Source: Bellilinea caldifistulae (GTDB lineage Bacteria; Chloroflexota; Anaerolineae; Anaerolineales; Anaerolineaceae). Taken from it: a stretch of DNA of 32,000 nucleotides. A program made the translations under genes and the position numbers. Numbering within the stretch: the stretch's first letter is position 1; every line of letters begins with the position of its first letter. The notes below the pieces were generated by a model, which was given only the letters and a program-made list of their open reading frames with translations, was not told the DNA's origin and made no database searches. Where the stretch lies: the NCBI RefSeq assembly GCF_001306055.1, contig NZ_LGHJ01000009.1:90001-122000 (forward strand). Direction: 5' to 3'. Shown here in pieces: positions 9,325 to 16,894 of this stretch.

Positions 9325-9882
9325 CTATATCTCCAAATTCAAGAATTTTTGGTCAAACCATTTCAATAAAGCCTGCACCTGATTGACACGAATTTCACAG
9401 GCCATCCGGTTGAACGGTTGACTTTCAGGGATGCGATCGAGTTGATTTTGTAAACGCTGCAATCCTTCCATCAGAACCCGCCGCTGATCGGCGAGAATCG
9501 GCTCGATGGCTTCGGGCCGGATTCGTCTCAACACATACAGGCGGGCAGGCAGGTCCAAACGCACCACCTGAACACTGCACGGAGATGGCTGGATCAGCCA
9601 CTCCTCAGCCTGTTTGCGGCCGGCTTCGGTCAGTTCAAATACCCGGCGTGGCAGGCCCCGTCTGGAAGGCGTTTGTGTGCCAGCAACCCACCCGCGCGCC
9701 TCTAACCGCTTGAGAGTGGCATATAACTGGCTCTGACTCAACCGCCAGATCTGGTTCAAATCCTGCTGAAGGGTGCGGTTTAGCTGATAACCGTCCCGCG
9801 CCCCTTCCAGCAAGAGGGACAGCAGCAGATTTTCGGGCGTGGCTGAACGAGATTGGGGAGCAGTTTTCTCGGAAAGCTTCAT
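9325..9882 (-). CDS. PadR-family transcriptional regulator
   Basis: 185 aa. Winged-helix signature LLLSLLLEGARDGYQLNRTL...SQLYATLKRLEARGWV plus a C-terminal helical extension. It is the first gene of the importer operon, 4 nt from the binding-protein gene. Confidence 0.8.
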   Translation of the reverse strand: MKLSEKTAPQSRSATPENLLLSLLLEGARDGYQLNRTLQQDLNQIWRLSQSQLYATLKRLEARGWVAGTQTPSRRGLPRRVFELTEAGRKQAEEWLIQPSPCSVQVVRLDLPARLYVLRRIRPEAIEPILADQRRVLMEGLQRLQNQLDRIPESQPFNRMACEIRVNQVQALLKWFDQKFLNLEI

Positions 9883-10007
9883 AAACTCACTCGATGAGTA
9901 TTATACAACCGGATTTTCCGTTCGGCAACATGCCGTACTCATCTTTCCAGCATGACATTCGACACCTTCGATTTACCTCATCCACACATTTCCGCATTCC
10001 ATTCTCG

Positions 10008-10016
10008 TGCTAGAAT
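10008..10016 (+). promoter_or_regulatory. Extended -10 promoter candidate (TGcTAGAAT) for the SRPBCC membrane-protein gene
   Basis: TGCTAGAAT at 10008..10016, about 60 nt upstream of the ATG at 10079. It is embedded in the inverted repeat CCATTCT(9999..10005)/AGAATGG(10012..10018). The -35 region is poor. Confidence 0.3.
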
Positions 10017-10078
10017 GGAAGAAAACCACTTAATTTTCTTTTCCCAATCCGGTTACAAATCGGTAGGGGGAGTAAGCA

Positions 10079-11014
10079 ATGAATCAATCCAACAAACGAA
10101 AGCGCATCTTGATCGGCGTGGTCACGGTGGTGATTTTCCTGAGCGCCGGCTTTTACTGGGCGAGTCGTCAAATTCCAACTTGGGGAAGCTCCGCCCAAGA
10201 GATCAACCTTGCCCTGCCGGGTGATGAACTGATCCCCTCGCCAGAACTGATCTGGAATCACGCCATCACCGTTCAGGCGCTCCCGCAACAGATATACCCG
10301 TGGCTGGTTCAAATCGGCGATTCACGCGCCGCCTTCTATTCAATCACATTCATCGAGAATCTGTTTTGCATGACCACCGGGGAATGCCATTATAAAAACG
10401 CCGATCGAATTCACGAGGAATGGCAAAACCCCACCCGCGGCGAACAGGGCATTATTATCAATTATCTGGTGATTCAGGATTATCAACCGGATGAATTTGT
10501 GCTGGCGAGAAACTCCACCGCCCTGCCGTTACAATGGACATGGTTGTGGTATGTCTATCCCATTGGCGAGAATACATCCCGTTTGGTAGTCCGCCATCGT
10601 ATTGATACACCGCAAGATGTCCCGATGGGGATCTTCAACCTGATCATGAACAGCGGGTATGTGATGGAAAGAGGAATGATGCTGGGTATCCGCGAACGGG
10701 CTGAAGGACGCATTCCCTCCCCGCTCACCGAATCCGTCGGGGCGCTCATCTGGCTGCTGGTCTTTCTTGGCGGCGTGATTGCAGCGGTTAATTTTATCCG
10801 TCTTCCGCGCGGCTATCATGCCCTTGGTGTGGGTATAGAAGTCATCATCGTCCTGTTTATCCTCACTTTCATCCAGCCTCCCTTCTGGCTGCGCTGGGTG
10901 TTGTTAATGCTGGTGACAGCCGGGGTGACCATCACCTTCTGGCAAACTAAAACGATGCCCCAAAAAACCTCACCGGGTCAACAGCCCTTTGAAGAAGATA
11001 GTCAGACGGCTTGA
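10079..11014 (+). CDS. Membrane-anchored SRPBCC-fold family protein
   Basis: 311 aa. N-terminal TM helix, a central region with the pattern IYPWLVQIGDSRAAFYS...TSRLVVRHRI...GYVMERGMMLGIRERAEG typical of a bacterial SRPBCC subfamily, and C-terminal TM helices. A GGGGGAG ribosome-binding site sits upstream. Confidence 0.55.
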   Translation: MNQSNKRKRILIGVVTVVIFLSAGFYWASRQIPTWGSSAQEINLALPGDELIPSPELIWNHAITVQALPQQIYPWLVQIGDSRAAFYSITFIENLFCMTTGECHYKNADRIHEEWQNPTRGEQGIIINYLVIQDYQPDEFVLARNSTALPLQWTWLWYVYPIGENTSRLVVRHRIDTPQDVPMGIFNLIMNSGYVMERGMMLGIRERAEGRIPSPLTESVGALIWLLVFLGGVIAAVNFIRLPRGYHALGVGIEVIIVLFILTFIQPPFWLRWVLLMLVTAGVTITFWQTKTMPQKTSPGQQPFEEDSQTA

Positions 11015-11082
11015 ATCTACGCCCATTTGTGATAAGATACATCCAAATTATTCCACCTTAACCACTGAGGAGGAAGTCATTT

Positions 11083-11532
11083 ATGGATGAATTCATGCAA
11101 GCCGCCTATGAGGAAGCCATGCAAGGCTACCGCGAAGGGGGTATTCCGATTGGTTCGGTGCTGGTCTTGGATGGAAAAATCATCGGACGGGGACACAACC
11201 GCCGGGTGCAGCGCGGCAGCCCGGTGCTGCACGCCGAAATGGATGCGCTTGAAAATGCCGGCCGGCTGGCTCCGGAAGAATACCGCCGGGCAACCATCTA
11301 TACCACGCTCTCTCCCTGTGATATGTGCAGCGGCGCTATTTTGCTTTACAAAATTCCGCGTGTGGTGATCGGTGAAAATCAGACCTTTCTGGGGGCAGAA
11401 GAATTGCTCAAATCACGCGGGGTGGAACTGGTTGTTTTGAATGACCCGCAATTGATTCAGATGATGAAGGATTTTATCGCCGAAAAACCCGATCTGTGGT
11501 ACGAGGATATTGGTCACTGCATTGAGTGCTGA
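11083..11532 (+). CDS. Cytosine deaminase, yeast FCY1-type (CMP/dCMP-deaminase zinc-binding fold)
   Basis: 149 aa, alignable by eye along its whole length with yeast Fcy1 (AYEEA..GY.EGG.PIG, GRGHN.R, HAE...LEN.GRL, TLSPCDMC.GAI..Y.IPR.V.GEN, W.EDIG). The zinc ligands HAE and PCDMC are present. A GAGGAGGA ribosome-binding site sits upstream. Confidence 0.85.
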   Translation: MDEFMQAAYEEAMQGYREGGIPIGSVLVLDGKIIGRGHNRRVQRGSPVLHAEMDALENAGRLAPEEYRRATIYTTLSPCDMCSGAILLYKIPRVVIGENQTFLGAEELLKSRGVELVVLNDPQLIQMMKDFIAEKPDLWYEDIGHCIEC

Positions 11533-11625
11533 GTCGGTTTTGTGCAACTTTCTTTCCTCTTTTGCGTAAATAGTGTTGCATGTAATCCGTAATTCAATTA
11601 CACAACCGCGAAAGAGGTAAAACAA

Positions 11626-12075
11626 ATGACACAATCCACCCCCACTCCCGTTATCGTCCAACCGCAGGAACAAGGTCCCGGCTGCCTGATTCGCATCCTG
11701 TACTTTTTGCTGGTCGGCCTCTGGCTGGGCGGCATCGTCACGGTCGTTGCCTGGGTGCTGAACGTGACCATCATCGGGCTGCCGCTGGGTCTCTGGCTGC
11801 TCAATCGGCTGCCCCAAATCATGACCCTCAAACCGGTCAAACGGCAGGCGCGGGTGATGGTCGTGGACGGGAAGGTGATCTATCGCGAGTCCAGCCTGCC
11901 GCAGCCGCCTTTCCTGCTGCGCGCCCTGTATTTTGTGCTGGTTGGCTGGTGGTTCAGCGCGTTGTGGCTGGCGCTGGCCTGGCTGTTGACCGGTGTCAGT
12001 CTTGGACTGGGGTTACCGCTTGCCTTCTGGATGTTTGACCAGACACCCGCCATTACCACCCTCGCACGGTATTGA
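11626..12075 (+). CDS. YccF-domain inner-membrane protein (DUF307)
   Basis: 149 aa with two internal repeats of the YccF motif (LYFLLVGLWLG...IIGLPLGLWLLNRLP and LYFVLVGWWFS...GLGLPLAFWMF). Confidence 0.7.
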   Translation: MTQSTPTPVIVQPQEQGPGCLIRILYFLLVGLWLGGIVTVVAWVLNVTIIGLPLGLWLLNRLPQIMTLKPVKRQARVMVVDGKVIYRESSLPQPPFLLRALYFVLVGWWFSALWLALAWLLTGVSLGLGLPLAFWMFDQTPAITTLARY

Positions 12076-12098
12076 TCCGACCCTATGACTTCAACATG

Positions 12099-12130
12099 CA
12101 GCCGCCTCTCCCGGCCGGGAGAGGCGGCTG
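12099..12130. terminator. Bidirectional intrinsic terminator hairpin between convergent yccF-like and gdh genes
   Basis: Perfect 32-nt palindrome CAGCCGCCTCTCCCGG/CCGGGAGAGGCGGCTG forming a 16-bp GC-rich stem. It lies 23 nt after the yccF-like stop and 22 nt after the gdh stop. The U-tracts are weak (TTGATT). Confidence 0.6.
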
Positions 12131-12152
12131 TTGATTGGCTGGTTCCCTGAGA

Positions 12153-13439
12153 TTAAATCCAGCCGCGCAGTTCCATCGCCTTCACGACGCGGTTAATCGC
12201 TACCATGTAAGCCGCGTCCCGCATATACACCTTCTCTTTTTCTGCCAGTTCCAACACGGCTTCAAAAGCCGCGGTCATCTTTTGGTCAAGTTTGGAAAGG
12301 ACTTCCTCTTTTGGCCAGTAGAAATTCATATCGTTCTGGACGCTTTCAAAGTAAGAAACCGTCACACCCCCAGCGTTGCACAGGAAGTCCGGGATGAGGA
12401 AGATACCCCGCTGGCGGATAACCTCGTCGGCTTCGGGGGTCGTGGGGCCGTTTGCGCCTTCGGCAATAATTTTCACGCGCGGCGAAATCTTGTGCACCGA
12501 TTCGGCATTGATCTGACCTTCCAATGCTGCCGGAATCAGCACATCCACCTCTTTGCTCAACCAGGCATCCGCCGGTTCAATGGCATAACCGGCTTCTCTG
12601 GCTTTGTTTTTGTCAATCGTGCCGTATTGATCGGTGATGCTCATCAGGAAGCGCGGGTCAATCCCATCCGCCTTGCTGACCGTGTAGGGAGTGCGGTCTT
12701 CGCGGTCCCAGTAAGAAACACACACCACCTTGCCGCCCAGTAACTCGGTGAAGCCAATCGCCGCGTATTGCGCCACATTGCCAAAGCCCTGAATGGCTGC
12801 CAGACACTGGGTGGGATCCATTTTGAGATGCTTCATTGCTTCGCGCACGGTGTAAATCACGCCAAAGCCGGTGGCTTCGGTGCGGCCGAGCGAGCCGCCG
12901 CCCCCAACCGGTTTACCCGTGATCACGCCGGGAGTATATTCACCAACCAGTTTGGAGTACTCGTCCATCATCCAGCCCATCATTTGCGGAGTGGTACCGA
13001 CATCCGGGGCCGGCACATCCTGACGCGGGCCGATGTTCTTCCACATTTGCTGCACCCAGCCGCGTGCCAGGCGTTCTTTTTCGCTGGTGGAGAGGGTAGC
13101 CGGATCAACAACTACACCGCCCTTGCCGCCACCCAGCGGAATATCCACAACCGCGCATTTCCAGGTCATCCAGGTGGCCAGCGCGCGCACGGTGTCAATC
13201 GTTTCGGCCGGGTGAAACCGAATGCCGCCTTTGCTGGGGCCACGGGCATCGTTATGCTGAACGCGGAAACCCTGAAAGACCTTGATCGTGCCGTCATCCA
13301 TTCGCACCGGGATGCGGAAGTGGAATTCGCGCAGCGGCCAGCGCAGAATCTCGCGTACCTGTGGGTCAAGTTTGAGCAGTTCTGCCACATGATCGAATTG
13401 GCGTTGTGCCATTTCAAACGCATTGGTGGTTTCTGCCAT
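12153..13439 (-). CDS. gdhA: Glutamate dehydrogenase (Glu/Leu/Phe/Val dehydrogenase family)
   Basis: 428 aa. The catalytic-lysine signature IPLGGGKGGVVVDP, KGGIRFHP and the Rossmann GFGNVAQYAA are present. The length is typical of hexameric GDH. Confidence 0.9.
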   Translation of the reverse strand: MAETTNAFEMAQRQFDHVAELLKLDPQVREILRWPLREFHFRIPVRMDDGTIKVFQGFRVQHNDARGPSKGGIRFHPAETIDTVRALATWMTWKCAVVDIPLGGGKGGVVVDPATLSTSEKERLARGWVQQMWKNIGPRQDVPAPDVGTTPQMMGWMMDEYSKLVGEYTPGVITGKPVGGGGSLGRTEATGFGVIYTVREAMKHLKMDPTQCLAAIQGFGNVAQYAAIGFTELLGGKVVCVSYWDREDRTPYTVSKADGIDPRFLMSITDQYGTIDKNKAREAGYAIEPADAWLSKEVDVLIPAALEGQINAESVHKISPRVKIIAEGANGPTTPEADEVIRQRGIFLIPDFLCNAGGVTVSYFESVQNDMNFYWPKEEVLSKLDQKMTAAFEAVLELAEKEKVYMRDAAYMVAINRVVKAMELRGWI

Positions 13440-13487
13440 TGTTTTTTTCTCCTGTGAATGAAAGATTTGGTCAATTCAGCCGACAAT

Positions 13488-13521
13488 TAAAAAATAAACG
13501 GGCACAACGGCGCTGTGCCCG
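13488..13521 (-). terminator. Rho-independent terminator (minus strand) downstream of gatB
   Basis: The minus strand reads CGGGCACA-gcgccgt-TGTGCCCG followed by TTTATTTTTT. That is an 8-bp GC-rich stem (13499..13506 / 13514..13521) plus a T-tract (13488..13498). Confidence 0.7.
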
Positions 13522-13701
13522 CTCAGGACTGGGTTTGGAATTGCTGCTGGCAGCTCATCAGTTCAATTGACCTCGCGGAAGGTGATGATGATCCTGATAT
13601 AGGGTAGCAAACCTGAAGCCGTTCGTCAATATGATGAAAATCGCCTCTCTCCGGTGATTCCCGGCATCGTTCGGCGCAATTCGTCACATTCCAGTATCGT
13701 T

Positions 13702-15177
13702 TCAATTACCTTTCGATCCGGCCAGCTGGCGCTCCAGCTCGGCGCGCGCCACAGCGGGGCTGGCACGCCCGGCCGTCTGGCGCATCACCTGCCCCAGCAG
13801 CCAGTTGAACACGGTCGTTTTCCCCTGATGGTAAGAAGCTACCTCGCGCGGGAATTCGGCCAGCACCTTCGCAACAATGTCGGCAATCTGGCCGGCATCG
13901 TCCAACTGGATTAAACCGCGCTCTTCGATGATTGCATGTGCCGGCTTACCGCTGGCAAGCATTTCATTCAGAACCAGCTTGGCCGTGTTCAGGTTGATGA
14001 TCCCTTTGGCCGTCAGGCGCAACAGGTCAACCAGCCCGGCGGGCGGCACGCGTAAATTTTCAAACTTTTCTCCGCTCTGGTTGAGCCACCCAAAAATTTC
14101 TCCGGTGATCCACAGGGCTATCGTGCGCGGGGCTATCGAATCGCCGGCCTGTTCGAGGCAGGCCTCAAAATAACGGGCAACCGCCTCTTCCTCGCTCAGT
14201 AAAACCGCTTCGCCTGCGCTCAGTCCGTAGTTGTGGATAAAACGCTTCTTCATCGCCTGCGGTAGCTCCGGCAAATTGGCGCGCACCTGCTCAATCCACT
14301 CCGGCTCAATCACCAGCGGTGGCAAATCCGGTTCGGGAAAGTAACGGTAATCATGCGCCTCTTCTTTGCTGCGCTGGCTTACGGTTACCTGAGCGGCCTC
14401 ATCCCATCCCAACGTTTCCTGCTGGACAGCCTGACCGTTTTGCAGCAAATCCGTCTGGCGTTCAATTTCGTAGGCAATTGCCCGCTCCATTGCCCGGAAG
14501 CTGTTCAGGTTCTTAATTTCTACCCGCGTGCCGAGGGTCTGGCTGCCTGAGGGGCGCAGGGAAACATTGGCTTCAAAGCGGATCACGCCCTTTTCCATAT
14601 CACCGCTATTCGCACCAACCCGCCTCAAAATTGCCCGCAAAGTGGTGGCATAGGCGCGCACTTCTTCTAACGAGTGCATATCCGGTTCGCTGACAATTTC
14701 AAGCAAAGGCACACCGGCGCGGTTTAGATCAACCAGCGAGAAGGATTGCCCGTCTGGATCCTGCATGTGGATCAGTTTTCCGGTATCTTCTTCCAGATGA
14801 ACCCGGCGGATGCGCACCGTCTTTTCCCCCCGTGCGGTTTCAATGCGCAGTACCCCGCGCTGCGCCAGGGGGTATTCATACTGCGAGATCTGGTAGCCTT
14901 TGGGTAAATCGGGATAAAAATAATTCTTGCGGGCGAACAAACTCAACGGCGCAATTTCACATTCCAGCGCCAGCGCCACCCGCAAAGCCAGTTCCACCGC
15001 CTTGCGGTTGACCACCGGAAGCGTGCCCGGCATGCCGGCACACACCGGACATACGGCCGTGTTCGGTTCAGCACGGGTGGAATCCACCACCGGACAGGCA
15101 CAAAACATCTTCGAGCGGGTTTGCAGCTCGGCGTGAACCTCTAATCCGATGACCGTTTCGTACGGCATAGCATGCAC
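13702..15177 (-). CDS. gatB: Asp-tRNA(Asn)/Glu-tRNA(Gln) amidotransferase subunit B
   Basis: 491 aa. Canonical GatB N-terminus [15 protein letters not shown], the [12 protein letters not shown] zinc motif, and a C-terminal YqeY-like tail. gatA and gatC are not adjacent. Confidence 0.92.
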   Translation of the reverse strand: MHAMPYETVIGLEVHAELQTRSKMFCACPVVDSTRAEPNTAVCPVCAGMPGTLPVVNRKAVELALRVALALECEIAPLSLFARKNYFYPDLPKGYQISQYEYPLAQRGVLRIETARGEKTVRIRRVHLEEDTGKLIHMQDPDGQSFSLVDLNRAGVPLLEIVSEPDMHSLEEVRAYATTLRAILRRVGANSGDMEKGVIRFEANVSLRPSGSQTLGTRVEIKNLNSFRAMERAIAYEIERQTDLLQNGQAVQQETLGWDEAAQVTVSQRSKEEAHDYRYFPEPDLPPLVIEPEWIEQVRANLPELPQAMKKRFIHNYGLSAGEAVLLSEEEAVARYFEACLEQAGDSIAPRTIALWITGEIFGWLNQSGEKFENLRVPPAGLVDLLRLTAKGIINLNTAKLVLNEMLASGKPAHAIIEERGLIQLDDAGQIADIVAKVLAEFPREVASYHQGKTTVFNWLLGQVMRQTAGRASPAVARAELERQLAGSKGN

Positions 15178-15345
15178 ATCCTTAATCTTGTCGGAATGCC
15201 AACGATTTTACCATAGCGCACCGCCCTCCCAAATCCAATAATTTCCCAATCGGCTCTTAATAATTTCTGAACAATCGTTTGTTATCTTAAGCACAGCAAC
15301 AAACGGGAAATTCCCGAATTTATTTTGACAGAAAGGAGTAAGGTT

Positions 15346-16056
15346 ATGAAGAACAAAAAAGTATGGATTGGGATCTCAATAGGCGCTCTTGCCCTGATGC
15401 TGGCTATCGGCTTAGCAACCCAGGCCGTTCAGAGTGTCAGCGCGTCCGCACTGCCGCAAATTGGTGGCCCGTTTGGCGGCGGACGGGGCATGATGGGGCC
15501 AAACGCGGGTGAAGCCCTGGCGCAGGCCCTGGGTATTACCACCGATGATCTGAACAACGCCTATCAGCAAGCCGTCCAATCCGCTGTGCAGGAAGGGCTG
15601 GACAAGGGCTTGATCACCCAGGCGCAAGCCGACGCTATCCTCAACGGAACCGGCCGCTTTGGCGGCAGAGGCATGCTCGGCTGGCTATTCCAAAACGGGG
15701 TAGATTTCGAAGCACATCTTGCCAAAGCGCTGGGCATTTCGGTGGATGAGTTACAGGCGGCTTACACCAAGGCTGCCGAGATTCGGCTGGAACAGGCCGT
15801 GGCTGACGGACGCATCACCGAAGAAGAAGCCAACCTGCTCCGCGCCCGCCATGCGTTGTTCAACAACGAAACCTTCCAGAACTCCATGCAGGCCGCTTTT
15901 GAAAACGCCGTAAAAGAAGCCGTGACCAATGGAGTCATCACCCAGGCACAGGCGGATCTCATCCTCCAGCAAGGCGGATTTGGAATGCGCGGTGGCTTCA
16001 TGGGATTTGGCGGCTGCCAGGGTGGTGGACGCGGCGGCTTTGGCCGGGGCTGGTAA
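15346..16056 (+). CDS. Secreted Gly/Met-rich repeat protein (DUF2680/YckD-like helical repeats)
   Basis: The ATG at 15346 is preceded by AAGGAG; the ORF track's upstream TTG at 15325 is less likely. Signal peptide KKVWIGISIGALALMLAIGLA. Two to three repeats of [GGRGM(M/L)G]-[ALGIxxDxLxxAYxxA...G(L/R/V)ITxxQA(D)xIL], ending in GGFGMRGGFMGFGGCQGGGRGGFGRGW. Confidence 0.7.
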   Translation: MKNKKVWIGISIGALALMLAIGLATQAVQSVSASALPQIGGPFGGGRGMMGPNAGEALAQALGITTDDLNNAYQQAVQSAVQEGLDKGLITQAQADAILNGTGRFGGRGMLGWLFQNGVDFEAHLAKALGISVDELQAAYTKAAEIRLEQAVADGRITEEEANLLRARHALFNNETFQNSMQAAFENAVKEAVTNGVITQAQADLILQQGGFGMRGGFMGFGGCQGGGRGGFGRGW

Positions 16057-16115
16057 TCCATCTAACCGGCTGGCGGTACGGTAACTTTTCTCCTCCTTCA
16101 AAAATACCGCTTTAC

Positions 16116-16160
16116 GGGTGAGGATGCAGCGTAAGATCCCCGGCATCCTCACCCTTTGAT
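16116..16160 (+). terminator. Intrinsic terminator-like hairpin after the repeat-protein gene
   Basis: GGGTGAGGATGC (16116..16127) pairs with GCATCCTCACCC (16143..16154), a 12-bp stem, followed by TTTGATT. The 15-nt loop is rather large. Confidence 0.5.
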
Positions 16161-16185
16161 TCTGACCGGAGTATAATGGATAGGT

Positions 16186-16872
16186 ATGGCAAAAAAACTG
16201 CTCATCGTAGATGACAAACTGGAGCTGCGTCAACTGCTGCGTTCCTACCTTGTCGAGGAAGGCTTTGAGGTGTTCACCGCCAGCAACGGTCAGGAAGCCC
16301 TGTTTACTGCCCGCCAACACAAGCCCGATTTGATTATCCTGGACCTGATGATGCCGGAAATGAGTGGTTTTGAATTTTTACGCGCTTTCCGGCGCGAATC
16401 CGAAACGCCGGTGATTGTGTTAACCGCCCGGCTGGAGGAAAACGACAAAGTGGTAGGGCTGGAATTGGGTGCAGATGACTATGTCACCAAACCCTTCAGC
16501 ATGCGCGAACTGACCGCTCGTATCCGCGCTGTTCTGCGCCGGATGGATAAAGCCGTTGCAGCGCCGGAGCGGCTGCGCCGCGGTAACATTGAGCTGGACC
16601 GCACCAGCCGGCTGGTCTGGGTCAACGGTCAGGAAGTGGAACTGACCCCCTCAGAATTTGAAATTCTGGCAGCCTTCCTGGAAACGCCCGGTAAGGTCTT
16701 TTCGCGACTGGAACTGCTGGAGCGCATTCAGGGGGATGCCTATGAAGGCTACGAGCGGACGATTGATGTGCACATCCGTAATTTGCGCCTCAAAATCGAA
16801 CCTGACCCGGCCAACCCCCATTACATTGAAACCGTCTACGGGGCCGGCTATCGGTTTACCGTGCGGGACTGA
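16186..16872 (+). CDS. OmpR/PhoB-family response regulator
   Basis: 228 aa. Receiver domain (LLIVDD, DLIILDLMMP phospho-Asp, TARLEENDKV, K in VTKPF) and a winged-helix output domain (LTPSEFEILAAFL..., TVYGAGYRF). Confidence 0.9.
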   Translation: MAKKLLIVDDKLELRQLLRSYLVEEGFEVFTASNGQEALFTARQHKPDLIILDLMMPEMSGFEFLRAFRRESETPVIVLTARLEENDKVVGLELGADDYVTKPFSMRELTARIRAVLRRMDKAVAAPERLRRGNIELDRTSRLVWVNGQEVELTPSEFEILAAFLETPGKVFSRLELLERIQGDAYEGYERTIDVHIRNLRLKIEPDPANPHYIETVYGAGYRFTVRD

Positions 16873-16894
16873 GACATGCTTGTGTAGATAACCC

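Noticed and set aside
9978-9986. TCATCCACA, an 8-of-9 match to the DnaA box consensus, in the padR upstream region
   Set aside because: It is a single isolated occurrence far from dnaA, expected by chance in 32 kb, and not clustered with other boxes.
12135-13457. Long plus-strand ORFs (12135..12743, 12768..13457, 13033..13215) opposite gdh
   Set aside because: They lie antisense to a gene with unmistakable GDH motifs. Their Arg/Ala/Gly/His-rich composition is typical of shadow ORFs in high-GC DNA, and I recognise no motifs.
15303-15315. CGGGAA-A-TTCCCG inverted repeat upstream of the repeat-protein gene
   Set aside because: The arms are only 6 nt. OmpR-type regulators usually bind direct repeats. 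The evidence is too weak to call an operator without conservation data.
15751-16320. 189-aa and 99-aa minus-strand ORFs overlapping the repeat-protein gene and the response-regulator start
   Set aside because: They are antisense shadow ORFs that cross a terminator-like hairpin and a promoter. There is no coding evidence.
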